Part shown: positions 39,005 through 48,446 of the stretch, piece by piece
Layout: each line of letters opens with the position of its first letter
How positions within the stretch are numbered: the first letter of the stretch is position 1
NCBI GenBank assembly: GCA_041744215.1
Contig: JBGTLG010000041.1
Coordinates: forward strand, 1 to 64,000
Source: Fimbriimonadales bacterium
GTDB taxonomy: Bacteria; Armatimonadota; Fimbriimonadia; Fimbriimonadales; ATM1
Direction of reading: 5' to 3'
DNA: 64,000 nucleotides
Notes under the pieces: model-generated
What the model was told of the DNA's origin: nothing
The model's input: the letters and a program-made list of their open reading frames with translations, nothing else
Databases searched by the model: none
Made by a program: the position numbers and the translations under genes

Positions 39005-39900
39005 GAAAGATTCTCCATCATAAAGTCGAAGTTGATTTTTACCATTCCCGGGTCCCAGTCATGACCACCCTGATACTCCACGAGTGTTTTCTTTGAGGGA
39101 ATTGCGTCGTATGCTGCCTTTACGTTTGCAGGCTTGCATGCTGGGTCCTTCACGCCATAGCTTACAAGTGTCGGAACTTTGACGCGAGTGGACTGATTAA
39201 CTGTGTCGAAGTACGCGAGCGTGTAGAGTACACGCTCCATTCCGAGAGGCACGGTTTCTGCAAAGTCTGTCACTTCTTTCAGAGGATATCGATAAATAGG
39301 CTTCGAAAAAGTCTCCTGCATTCCGCAAAGGAACGGCATATCTGCGCAGACTACTTTCACATGAGGAGAATGCGCGCCCGCCCAGATTGCCATTCCTGCT
39401 CCTTGGGACATTCCGCAGACGGCCAATCGATCCTCGTCGGCCTCTAATTGCGAGCGCAGAACGCGCGCCGCTATGAAAACATTCTGCGCCATTCGCTTGA
39501 ACACGCAGGTGTTTGGATCGAGGATTCCGTCCGCGAAGTATCCGCGATGGGGCTGGTAGGTTTCCTGGTGGAAAGCGTCGTGGCCGAAGAAGTTGAACGA
39601 GAGGCTGACGAATCCTTCGCGCGTGGTGTAGCTGTTTGGCAGATTACTCTCGCGGCCATAAGGTGGGACCCAAACGAAGCATCTCGCTTTGCCTAATCGT
39701 TTTTTTGGCAGCGCCAGCCAGCCGCTGAGTCTGCTCCCTTCGATGCTGCGAAACGAGATCAGCTCGATTTCATGCGTTTCGAGAGAGAATTGGGCTTGCT
39801 TTTGCCTTGCGTAGTCAAGTGGTGACACATTCGCCCGATCAAACGCTTCTTTCCAGAATGCGTCGAAATCTTCTGGGATTTCTGGTGCGAAGTTGTTCAC
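39001..39900 (-). CDS. Acetylxylan esterase / cephalosporin-C deacetylase family (CE7)
   Basis: GMSQGAG, ADMPFLC, LAYFD, DPAC, GGHD. Confidence 0.85.
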   Translation of the reverse strand: MNNFAPEIPEDFDAFWKEAFDRANVSPLDYARQKQAQFSLETHEIELISFRSIEGSRLSGWLALPKKRLGKARCFVWVPPYGRESNLPNSYTTREGFVSLSFNFFGHDAFHQETYQPHRGYFADGILDPNTCVFKRMAQNVFIAARVLRSQLEADEDRLAVCGMSQGAGMAIWAGAHSPHVKVVCADMPFLCGMQETFSKPIYRYPLKEVTDFAETVPLGMERVLYTLAYFDTVNQSTRVKVPTLVSYGVKDPACKPANVKAAYDAIPSKKTLVEYQGGHDWDPGMVKINFDFMMENLS

Positions 39901-40136
39901 GCCCCGACCGATCGCTGCAAAGGATCGACGTGCATACCCGTCGTGTGGAGCCAGGCGGTAGCGCGCTGGACCTCTTCGATCGGTCCGTCCAGCAAGATCT
40001 GCATCCAGCCAAAGTCGGTATCGACGTTCGCTTTTAGGATCGTCACTTTGAGGTTGAAGTCGCGGCTAAGCCTCCAGATCCATGGTTCTCCGACCTGATT
40101 CTTGTCGGCAGAAAGGTTCATTACTACTTGGGTCAA
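39897..40136 (-). CDS. Stand-alone NIL domain protein
   Basis: EPWIWRLSRDFNLKVTILKANVD...GWMQILLDG pattern; GGAGG SD before TTG. Confidence 0.8.
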   Translation of the reverse strand: MTQVVMNLSADKNQVGEPWIWRLSRDFNLKVTILKANVDTDFGWMQILLDGPIEEVQRATAWLHTTGMHVDPLQRSVGA

Positions 40137-40230
40137 GCGCTATCCTCCGAAGCTGCCGGGCGAAGGGCACCCAGCCTAGTTGCGAGTTTACCGGACTGTG
40201 GAGCAAGAGCCAAACGAACGCACGCGGAGG

Positions 40231-40836
40231 TCAGCGAAGAACGCTGTTTCTTATGACCTTGCCTGCTTGGTCCACTTCATAAACGTAGGGCACGCCGGTG
40301 TCGAGATTGAGCTCTACGACTTGCTCCCTGTTCAGCGATTCGAGGATCATTACGATCGAGCGGTTGCTGTTTCCATGCGCGACGACAAGCGCGTTTTTGC
40401 CTTGAGCTATATCCCCGAGGATGCACCTTTCAAAGAACGGGACCGTGCGTGCGGCGGTGTCTTTTAGGCTTTCACCGTTGGGTGGTGGTACGTCGTAGCT
40501 CCTGCGCCAGATGTGCACCTGCTCGGCGCCATACTTTTGACGCATCGCTTCTTTGTTGAGCCCTTGCAAGTCGCCGTACATTCGCTCGTTAAGCGCGGGA
40601 TCGCGGATGATTGGAATGCTCGAATTCATCTCTTCGAGCATGATGTCGAGCGTCTTTTGCGCGCGCGTCAGGGCGCTGGTGTAGGCGACTTGGAAATCAT
40701 AGTCTTTGAGCAGCCTGCCGGCTTTCCGTGCTTCTCCTTCGCCCTTTTCGCTTAGTGGGACATCCACCCAACCCGTAAACCGGTCTTCGGCGTTCCAAAT
40801 CGACTGGCCGTGGCGGACAAGGACGAGGAGGGGCAT
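40231..40836 (-). CDS. gpmA: 2,3-bisphosphoglycerate-dependent phosphoglycerate mutase
   Basis: RHGQSIWN, FTGWVDV, LNERMYG, AHGNSNR. Confidence 0.96.
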   Translation of the reverse strand: MPLLVLVRHGQSIWNAEDRFTGWVDVPLSEKGEGEARKAGRLLKDYDFQVAYTSALTRAQKTLDIMLEEMNSSIPIIRDPALNERMYGDLQGLNKEAMRQKYGAEQVHIWRRSYDVPPPNGESLKDTAARTVPFFERCILGDIAQGKNALVVAHGNSNRSIVMILESLNREQVVELNLDTGVPYVYEVDQAGKVIRNSVLR

Positions 40837-40846
40837 GGCAGTGAGT

Positions 40847-42217
40847 TTACTCGTCGAGCAATCCTCTCGCTTCCTCCAACTGCCTTTTCATCGCCTCCGT
40901 CCCCGGTCCGCCGACGACATCCCTCGACCTGATGCTCCCCGCCGCGTCCACGACTTGCAAAACCGAGTCTGGAATCCCAAGCCCGATCTCCGAAAAACGC
41001 GCTTCGTTCAGATCCATCAAACTCCAACCACGCTTTTCGCATTCGCGCACCAGTTTCCCCGCCAATTCATGCGCTGTGCGAAACGGCATTCCCGACGCGG
41101 CGAGCGCATCGGCGACCGCGGTTGCGGTCGAGAAACTTTGTCCCGCCGTTGCTTTCATTCGATCCGTGTCGAATGTCGCCGTCTCGATCATGCCCGCGCA
41201 CAATGCAAGCGAATCGAGGCATAAGCTCACGGCGTCGAAGAGCGGCGGTTTGTCTTCTTGCTGGTCGCGGTTGTATCCCAACGGAAGCGCTTTCATCATC
41301 GTTTGAAATGCGATCCAATGTCCATAGACCCGCCCGGTTCTTCCACGTATCAGCTCAGCGAAGTCGGGGTTGCGCTTTTGCGGCATGATGCTGCTCCCTG
41401 TCGAGAACGCGTCATCGAGTCGCATAAAGCCGTACTCCGCGCTGCTCCACATCGTGATCTCTTGTGACAGGCGCGAGAGGTGTTGCATGATCATCGCGCA
41501 CGCGTGCAGCGCATCGCCGATGAAGTCGCGGTCACTCGTGGCGTCGAGTGCGTTCTGTGATGGGCGCGCGAATCCTAGATCATTCGCAGTCATCTCTCTG
41601 TCGACAGGAAACGGAGTTCCAGCGAGAGCAGCCGAACCGAGGGGACATTCCTCGCACCCTTTCTCCACAAAGTCCAAACGAAGAACATCTCGCTGCAGCA
41701 TCCAGAAGTGAGCGAGCAGGTGGAAGCCGAATGTGATCGGCTGCGCGCGCTGCATGTGCGTGTATCCAGGCATCGGATCGTGCTGGTGTTTTTCGGCAAG
41801 ATGCAAGACGACAGTTTGTAGCCTCTTGATGTCGCTGCGAAGCTCTTCGCACTTTCTGCGCAGCCAAAGCCGAGACACTGTCGCGATTTGATCATTGCGG
41901 CTTCTTCCCGTGTGCAGTTTCCCCGCGACATCACCGATTCTCTCAAAGAGAATGGACTCGATTGCGCCGTGGATGTCCTCTGCGTCGGGCGGCAGTTCGA
42001 GCGAACCAATCTCCATCTCTGCGCGAATCTTCTCCAGTTCGGAAACGAGCGCATCTGCTTCCGGTACGATCCCCGTCGCGCCGAGCATCCTCGCGTGGGC
42101 GATGGAAACGTCGAGCTCCTCTCGCCAAAGAACTGCGTCGGTCTCGATAGATTGACCGAATCTCCATGCCAGCTTATCCGGCGATTTGTCGAACGCTCCG
42201 CCCCAAGTTTTCTTCAT
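40847..42217 (-). CDS. argH: Argininosuccinate lyase
   Basis: LHTGRSRNDQ, GYTHMQRAQP, TGSSIMPQKRNPD. Confidence 0.97.
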   Translation of the reverse strand: MKKTWGGAFDKSPDKLAWRFGQSIETDAVLWREELDVSIAHARMLGATGIVPEADALVSELEKIRAEMEIGSLELPPDAEDIHGAIESILFERIGDVAGKLHTGRSRNDQIATVSRLWLRRKCEELRSDIKRLQTVVLHLAEKHQHDPMPGYTHMQRAQPITFGFHLLAHFWMLQRDVLRLDFVEKGCEECPLGSAALAGTPFPVDREMTANDLGFARPSQNALDATSDRDFIGDALHACAMIMQHLSRLSQEITMWSSAEYGFMRLDDAFSTGSSIMPQKRNPDFAELIRGRTGRVYGHWIAFQTMMKALPLGYNRDQQEDKPPLFDAVSLCLDSLALCAGMIETATFDTDRMKATAGQSFSTATAVADALAASGMPFRTAHELAGKLVRECEKRGWSLMDLNEARFSEIGLGIPDSVLQVVDAAGSIRSRDVVGGPGTEAMKRQLEEARGLLDE

Positions 42218-42307
42218 ACGTCGTAACGCAGCCTGCACTCAGAATCTACCTGCTAATCGCCCTTCGCAACCCGGAAACGTGCCGACGATCTCGATTTTTT
42301 CAGGACA

Positions 42308-43495
42308 TCAACTCCCCTTTAACTTCGAATACAGCAGCGACGACATTCCGTGCGTTTGGACCATGCCAGTCATCGCATTTTGATCAAAGGAAGAATCGTC
42401 GAAACTCGCGTCCGCCTCTGAATACAAAGCCCACGGACTCTGCCTTCCGATCACCGTCATAGAGCCCTTGTACAGTTTCACGCGGACGATGCCTTCGACT
42501 CGCGATTGGATTTGCTGAGCGAACGCCATCAGATCTTCAAACAGAGGATCGCCCCAAAGCCCCTTGTAAACCAAATCGGCCCATTCGACATCTACCAGTT
42601 GCTTGAAGCGCCTTTCGTGCGGCGCGCAAACCAGCGATTCCAAAGCCTTGTGCGCCCCAATCAGCAGCACTGCTCCGGGACACTCGTAGTTCTCGCGTAC
42701 CTTCAGGCCGATCATTCGGTCTTCCATCATATCAATGCGACCCACTCCATTCGTACCGGCGATCTTGTTGCATTGCGAAATCAAATCCAAAGCATTCAGC
42801 TTTTTCCCATCGAGTGAAATCGGCTTGCCGCATTGAAAACCTATCTCGACGATTGTGGGTTGATCAGGGGCGCTTTCTGGCGCGAGAGTCCATTGGAAAA
42901 TCTCCTCTGGAGGTTCATGATTCGGGTCTTCGAGCTTTCCGCCCTCGATGCTCCGCCCCCACAGGTTTTCGTCGATCGACCAGATTTTGTTTTTCGATTG
43001 CGCGATCGGAGCGCCAACCTTTTCCGCGTACTCGATCTCTTCGCTTCGCGTCCAGTTTTTTTCACGGACAATCGCACGAATCTGGATGCCGGGCGCAAAC
43101 TGCCTTAGCCCGTATTCGATTCGGAACTGGTCGTTGCCTTTGCCGGTGCATCCATGAACGATGGCGTCGAAAGGCCCGTTTTCCTTCGCTATTCGCGCGG
43201 CCTCGAGTGCGATGAGCGGCCTCGCGATTGCCGTTGAGAGCGGATACCCATAGTAGTCGGCGTTGAATGCGATCGCTGGCATGCAGTAGTCGCTTGCGAA
43301 CGCCGCTTTCGCGTCCACAACGGTGTGCTTCGTTCCCATGAACTCTGCACGCTCAGTGGCCTGATCAATGTCCGCCGACGGCTGACCGACATCCACCGTC
43401 ACCGTATGGACTTCGTCGTAGCCCTCTTCTTTCAGAACCGGAACGCAGACGGTGGTATCGAGTCCACCGCTATAAACAACCAGAGCCTTCTTCAT
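42308..43495 (-). CDS. argG: Argininosuccinate synthase
   Basis: YSGGLDT, HGCTGKGNDQFR, SIDENLWGRS. Confidence 0.97.
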   Translation of the reverse strand: MKKALVVYSGGLDTTVCVPVLKEEGYDEVHTVTVDVGQPSADIDQATERAEFMGTKHTVVDAKAAFASDYCMPAIAFNADYYGYPLSTAIARPLIALEAARIAKENGPFDAIVHGCTGKGNDQFRIEYGLRQFAPGIQIRAIVREKNWTRSEEIEYAEKVGAPIAQSKNKIWSIDENLWGRSIEGGKLEDPNHEPPEEIFQWTLAPESAPDQPTIVEIGFQCGKPISLDGKKLNALDLISQCNKIAGTNGVGRIDMMEDRMIGLKVRENYECPGAVLLIGAHKALESLVCAPHERRFKQLVDVEWADLVYKGLWGDPLFEDLMAFAQQIQSRVEGIVRVKLYKGSMTVIGRQSPWALYSEADASFDDSSFDQNAMTGMVQTHGMSSLLYSKLKGS

Positions 43496-44469
43496 TCAAA
43501 AACGCCATCCATGATCAGCTTCATCAGTGATTTTTGCGCATGGAGGCGGTTCTCTGCTTGATCGAATACAACGGATTGCTGGCCGTCGATCACTCCGTCG
43601 GTCACTTCCAGGCCGCGCCGTGCGGGGAGACAGTGGAGGAAGATCGCTTTACTATTCGCCAGAGACATCAACTTTTCATCGACCTGGTACTTTGCGAAGC
43701 GCGCTTTGCGCTCTTCCTCTTCGCTTTCTTGCCCCATGCTCACCCACACGTCGGTGTACACGGCGTCTGCACCGGTGACCGCAACCGTTGGGTCGTAGAC
43801 TTGCGAAACGTTAGCGTACGAGTAGCAGTGATCTGCCGCTTCGTACCCGGGCGGCGTGCAGATCGCAACTTCGTGTCCGAGCATCGCTGCCGTCACAGCG
43901 AAACTGTTTGCGACATTGTTCCCGTCACCGATGTAAACGAGTTTCTTGGGAGCAGTCCCCAGATGTTCTTCAACGGTCAGCAGATCAGCGAGCGCTTGGC
44001 ATGGATGATCAAGGTTGGTGAGCGCATTGATCACTGGGACGGTGGAATGCTTCGCGAGTTCAACCAGCGTCTCGTGGGAATTGAGGCGAGCGACGATCAT
44101 GGCGGACCACCTGCTCAGATTTTGCGCGACATCGGAGATGCTCTCGCGATTCCCCATGTCGATGTCGTTCTTGGTGAGATAGATCGCATGTCCACCGAGC
44201 TCCACCATCGCTGTTTCGAATGTGAAACGGGTGCGAAGCGACTGCTTTTCGAAAATCATCGCCAGGACGCGATTCTCTTGCCGGTGAACTTGCTTTGGCG
44301 CGAAATTGCGGTCGTACTTCAAGACTTTTGCCAGGTCAAGTACGAGACGCACTTGCGAAGGCGACAGGTCAGCGCTGGTTAAGACATGTTTCGGCGCGAT
44401 TTTTGGCAGCTCAACGCTGGCAACCGCAAAGAGCGGCTGTTGCTGCGAATACGATTGGAGTTGGTACAT
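43492..44469 (-). CDS. argF: Ornithine carbamoyltransferase
   Basis: FEKQSLRT, HPCQ, GDGNNV, DVWVSMG, HCLP, AENRLH; AAGGA before the ATG at 44469. Confidence 0.94.
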   Translation of the reverse strand: MYQLQSYSQQQPLFAVASVELPKIAPKHVLTSADLSPSQVRLVLDLAKVLKYDRNFAPKQVHRQENRVLAMIFEKQSLRTRFTFETAMVELGGHAIYLTKNDIDMGNRESISDVAQNLSRWSAMIVARLNSHETLVELAKHSTVPVINALTNLDHPCQALADLLTVEEHLGTAPKKLVYIGDGNNVANSFAVTAAMLGHEVAICTPPGYEAADHCYSYANVSQVYDPTVAVTGADAVYTDVWVSMGQESEEEERKARFAKYQVDEKLMSLANSKAIFLHCLPARRGLEVTDGVIDGQQSVVFDQAENRLHAQKSLMKLIMDGVFE

Positions 44470-44587
44470 TCTCTGAGTCCTTGCTTTGGGGGAAGCGGCG
44501 CGCGCCAGGCGCAAGACGGCGATTTGTCTTTTGCGGGGTTTCGCGGGATCTCGCGTGGCAGCGGCGACCTTCCTTAGGGCGAAACCC

Positions 44588-44686
44588 CTAAGCTCGGACT
44601 CGTCGGCCTCGGGTGGCCGGACGCGACGGCGCGCCGCGGAATCTTCCGCCGTTAGCGCTAACTAGTCCAAGTCCGGTGTTTGCCAC
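44588..44686 (-). CDS. Putative Arg-rich leader peptide of the argFGH operon
   Basis: 32 codons GTG..TAG, MANTGLGLVSANGGRFRGAPSRPATRGRRVRA, with 7 Arg codons (4 CGA among the last 7); lies between the promoter and argF. Confidence 0.65.
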   Translation of the reverse strand: MANTGLGLVSANGGRFRGAPSRPATRGRRVRA

Positions 44687-44700
44687 GAGAATGAAGTGTG

Positions 44701-44730
44701 ATTATACCCGATTGTCGGTCGAACTGTCGA
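44701..44730 (-). promoter_or_regulatory. Sigma70-type promoter of the arg leader/operon
   Basis: Minus strand TCGACA-N18-TATAAT. Confidence 0.7.
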
Positions 44731-44853
44731 TAGCCTTAGCCATTGGAACGGATGGGGCTGCACTCTTACTGTTCGGCCTTGCGATCCATAGACCTCGCTG
44801 CCGACGCGACCGCACTCGGCGGGGTGCGCGAGGAAGCCCTGGTCTCGGGTCGG

Positions 44854-45159
44854 CTAATGCAGAGCGTCGCACAGGCGTGCGACCTCTTCGATCGACAGCT
44901 CTCCTGAGTCCACGAAAGGTTGGAGCTTTGCGGCGACGTCTGGAAAGGTCGGGGACGAAAATTCGCAAAGCGGGAGGTTCGGCGAATCAAGTTCGACGAG
45001 GGTGACCCGGTAGCCTGACGTTTTGTCCGAAACTTCGCGAACACCGACACCTCTCTCGATTAAGTCGTGGACCGATGTAAACACTCCGGTCACATGGCTC
45101 TTGCCAGCCTCGTCGAACTGTTCTGTAACCCAATAGATTCTTCGAAATCTCATGCTCAT
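44854..45159 (-). CDS. Hypothetical protein
   Basis: 101 aa ORF; ATGA overlap with the peptidase stop codon. Confidence 0.7.
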   Translation of the reverse strand: MSMRFRRIYWVTEQFDEAGKSHVTGVFTSVHDLIERGVGVREVSDKTSGYRVTLVELDSPNLPLCEFSSPTFPDVAAKLQPFVDSGELSIEEVARLCDALH

Positions 45160-47234
45160 TTTCGCTTCCTGACTGTCTTCGTCGATGCCTTTGCAGTGGA
45201 GAGATGCTCCTTCCACCACCTCAGAATCTCATTGAGGCGGTGAATTCGGAGATCCGGGGGGCCACTTCGGCTCATGCCGTGGCTCGTTGAGGAAGGATAT
45301 CTTACGAACCTGGTTTGAACGCCCAGCACCTTGAGCGCCGTGAACACTTGTTCGCCCTGTTCCACATTGCACCTTAGATCGCCCTCGCTGTGAATGACCA
45401 GCGTCGGCGTCTTGCAGTTCCCGATGTACCTGATCGGGCTCGAGTTCCACAAATGTTCAGGCTCGCTCCAAGCGTTGCCCTTCCAATATCGATCTGGCAT
45501 AAATGGGAAGTCGCTATTTAGCGCCATGCTCAGCATATTGCTGACGCATCTGTCAGTTATTGCGCCCGAAAACTCGTTGGTGTGGCCTATCACCCAGTTC
45601 GTCATGAATCCGCCGTAGCTCCCGCCCATCACACCCATGCGCTTTACGTCAACGTATGGGCGTGATTTCATGAATGCTGTGACGCCTTGGATGTCGATCC
45701 AATCGACATTCCCCCAGTCGCCCTTGATCGCATTGCAAAACGCTTCTCCATAACCCTTGCTTCCGCGCGGGTTGCTAAAGAACACCGCGTAGCCAGCTGA
45801 AGCGAGCACCTGGAATTCGTGGAAGTATGGAACGCCGTATTGCGCGTGTGGACCGCCATGAACTTCCAGCACCGCGGGGAGTTTGCCGGTTTTGTGTTTT
45901 GGAGGAAGCATCACCCAAACCTGCACCTTAGTTCCATCGCTCGACGTGATCCAGTGCATTTGCGGTTTGGAAAGCTCCAACTTCGAAAGGGTGTCTTTGT
46001 TTAGTGATGTAAGTTGCTTCACATCCGCTGAAGTCAATGAAATCTTTGCGACACCGATCTCTGATGGCAATAGTGCGTGTCCAGTGGTAACCGCCGCCAG
46101 CTTCCCATCGTCCGAGAGATTGCCGAAGGTGATTTCGGTCGCGCCGCTCGTGAGGAACTTGAGTTTCCCGCCTGTTATGTCGAGCGCTGCAAGATGCACT
46201 TCCCCGTGCCAGCCGATTTGCAATATCAGCCGTTTTGAGTCGGGAGACCAACAATAGTTCGATCCATAGCCCGCATCGCGAGTGTCGCTCAGCGTCCCGA
46301 CAGAAACGCAGTAATCCTCGCTCCCAGTCAAATCTCGCGCGCCGCCTCTTTTCGCGTCAATGACATACATCCTGTCATTGAGCGCGCTCCACAAGTCCTC
46401 CCGTCCTTCTACGCCGCTATAGGCGATCCACTTCCCGTCCGGCGACCACCTTGGATTGCTTTTCCCTCCATCCGGCTGGTTGGCGATCTCCGTGTGTTTT
46501 CCAGTCTTGGCATCAACCCGATACAGCCGCGACCTCCATGGTTTGAACAATGGGTTTCGATCAAGATTTGCGGCGACCACGAGTTCTTTCGAATCTGGAG
46601 ACCAGTCGAATTCAATCCATCCGAGCGGATCCTTGTCGAAGAGCCTCCTGTGCTCACCGCTCTGTGTGTCAACGACGTAAAGATGGTGTCTCTGTGCATT
46701 GAAGTACCCATCGCCGTCGAGCCTGTACCAGTAATCGTCGATCACCCGCGCTGGTGTGCTGAGCCCTTTTTCCTCGCGATCTTTCTTCGCTTTCTCCGTC
46801 CATTCCGGATCCGCTTCGCGAAAGGTGAAGGCTATCATCTTGCCATCCGGCGACCACTTGAACCCTCCAATCGCTCCTTCCGGCAACGACGTTAGCTTCG
46901 CTGCTTCTCCTCCGGACGCCTCAATGCAATAGATTTGCGGGTTTGGTTTTTCACGACCGCTGATCAGAGCAATTCTGCGACCATCATGCGACCATCTTCC
47001 GTGGCCATCTTTGCCTCCTTGCGTGAACGGACGAGGCTCGCCACCGGATACGTCCGCGATCCAGAGATTGGAAACGTAGTCGTTCTTTTCTCCGACGTGC
47101 TTTCTGGTGAAGAGGACTTTGCTGCCGTCGGGAGAGATTTGCGGATCAGAGACGAGCTTGTAAAGGAGTAAGTCTTCGGGGAGGACAGGGCGCTTGCCAG
47201 TTGAACGCTTGGGCGCCGGGGAGGGCTTTTTCAT
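45156..47234 (-). CDS. S9 family peptidase (acylaminoacyl/dipeptidyl peptidase) with beta-propeller
   Basis: WSPDG repeats, HGGPH, GGSYGG, HSEGDLRC, SHG. Confidence 0.94.
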   Translation of the reverse strand: MKKPSPAPKRSTGKRPVLPEDLLLYKLVSDPQISPDGSKVLFTRKHVGEKNDYVSNLWIADVSGGEPRPFTQGGKDGHGRWSHDGRRIALISGREKPNPQIYCIEASGGEAAKLTSLPEGAIGGFKWSPDGKMIAFTFREADPEWTEKAKKDREEKGLSTPARVIDDYWYRLDGDGYFNAQRHHLYVVDTQSGEHRRLFDKDPLGWIEFDWSPDSKELVVAANLDRNPLFKPWRSRLYRVDAKTGKHTEIANQPDGGKSNPRWSPDGKWIAYSGVEGREDLWSALNDRMYVIDAKRGGARDLTGSEDYCVSVGTLSDTRDAGYGSNYCWSPDSKRLILQIGWHGEVHLAALDITGGKLKFLTSGATEITFGNLSDDGKLAAVTTGHALLPSEIGVAKISLTSADVKQLTSLNKDTLSKLELSKPQMHWITSSDGTKVQVWVMLPPKHKTGKLPAVLEVHGGPHAQYGVPYFHEFQVLASAGYAVFFSNPRGSKGYGEAFCNAIKGDWGNVDWIDIQGVTAFMKSRPYVDVKRMGVMGGSYGGFMTNWVIGHTNEFSGAITDRCVSNMLSMALNSDFPFMPDRYWKGNAWSEPEHLWNSSPIRYIGNCKTPTLVIHSEGDLRCNVEQGEQVFTALKVLGVQTRFVRYPSSTSHGMSRSGPPDLRIHRLNEILRWWKEHLSTAKASTKTVRKRK

Positions 47235-47290
47235 CGACTGCTGTTTTACCCGCGCAGCAGCGTCCACTTGATCGAACGTAGGGGTACATC

Positions 47291-47746
47291 CTACGTCGGA
47301 AGGTAAGGGAAGAAAGTGCGATCCAGGCCGCCAAGCACCACTCGCCACTCGCCGTCGATTCGTCTCAGCGGCACACTGACAACTTCCCCCTCTCGTCCTT
47401 GGAAGTCGCGGAACACCAGCAGGACGATCTTCACAACTTGCTCGTCATCACTCACACGTTCCGTGCCCATGAACTGCCACAAGAAGACGAAGTTCTTGGC
47501 ACCTCGGTTGACACAGAAGTCCCATTGGTCTCGCAGCGGAGGGTCGGGGTTTTCAAGGTAGCTCAGTTCTGCAAGGCGATCCACGTCTTTCGTCGCAAGG
47601 GCCTCCATGAACTCCTGCGCGGCGCCTGCAGCAGTTTGGGTGCTTGAGAACAGCAAAAACACGACGGCTAGCAATCCAAGAACGCCAGTTACGACGATGA
47701 TGTTGACGCTGGATCCACCCTGCTGAAATTTGCTCATTTTCGACAT
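47291..47746 (-). CDS. Hypothetical membrane-anchored protein (NTF2/DUF4878-like)
   Basis: N-terminal TM, AAQEFMEAL, LRRIDGEWRV. Confidence 0.7.
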   Translation of the reverse strand: MSKMSKFQQGGSSVNIIVVTGVLGLLAVVFLLFSSTQTAAGAAQEFMEALATKDVDRLAELSYLENPDPPLRDQWDFCVNRGAKNFVFLWQFMGTERVSDDEQVVKIVLLVFRDFQGREGEVVSVPLRRIDGEWRVVLGGLDRTFFPYLPT

Positions 47747-47747
47747 C

Positions 47748-48152
47748 CTAAACTGGCCATCCGCGAAGCCGCGCGCTGCCAACTACATCTACGTACCACC
47801 GGCGACCGACCTTACCCAACGCCCACAGCGTTCGGTCAACTCGATTTGGGGGGAACCGCACGTCCACCACAGCAATTCGCCGATCTCCCTCGCCCAGGAT
47901 CTCGACCACCTCGTAGACCCCTCGGGCACGCAAGTTGAGAAAGACCTCGGCCGCGAGTTGGTCGAGGACTGGCCCAGCCTCGTTTGCCCCTGCCTCGATC
48001 GCCTTCGCGTGATCACCTTTCGCTACGGCCAGAACGAACCTCCGCAATGCCCCCTCGGGCCCGTTGAACTGATTCCGCGAGAAGACCGCGATCGTCATCG
48101 TTGCGAGGACGACGGAGGTGAGGATTCCAGTGATCGTGGTTGAGCCACGCAT
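47748..48152 (-). CDS. Hypothetical membrane-anchored protein (NTF2/DUF4878-like)
   Basis: N-terminal TM, GPEGALRRFVLAV, LGKVGRRWYV; same architecture as its neighbour. Confidence 0.65.
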   Translation of the reverse strand: MRGSTTITGILTSVVLATMTIAVFSRNQFNGPEGALRRFVLAVAKGDHAKAIEAGANEAGPVLDQLAAEVFLNLRARGVYEVVEILGEGDRRIAVVDVRFPPNRVDRTLWALGKVGRRWYVDVVGSARLRGWPV

Positions 48153-48314
48153 GAGGTTGGTGGAGGATACCAGAGGGGTTTATAGGATGGCTCCCAACTG
48201 ATTTTGAATCGTTTTTTCCAGATGCGGGGTATAAAGTTGACGCGCCGCTTGGAATCCAAGGGGCAGCTAACTCCCGGCGACCAGCCGGAGACCATCAGGA
48301 ACGGAGGTGTATCT

Positions 48315-48440
48315 ATGAAACGAATCTTGGCTATTTTTGCGACGATCGCCATCCTTGGTGCCTTTGCGGCCGGTTGCGGCGGCGATGACACCGGCGGAGA
48401 GAATGCGACTCCGCCGCCCGCACAAGGTGGGACCGAGTAA
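48315..48440 (+). CDS. Small (41 aa) lipoprotein
   Basis: GGAGGT SD; MKRILAIFATIAILGAFAAGC lipobox. Confidence 0.75.
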   Translation: MKRILAIFATIAILGAFAAGCGGDDTGGENATPPPAQGGTE

Positions 48441-48446
48441 GCCTCG

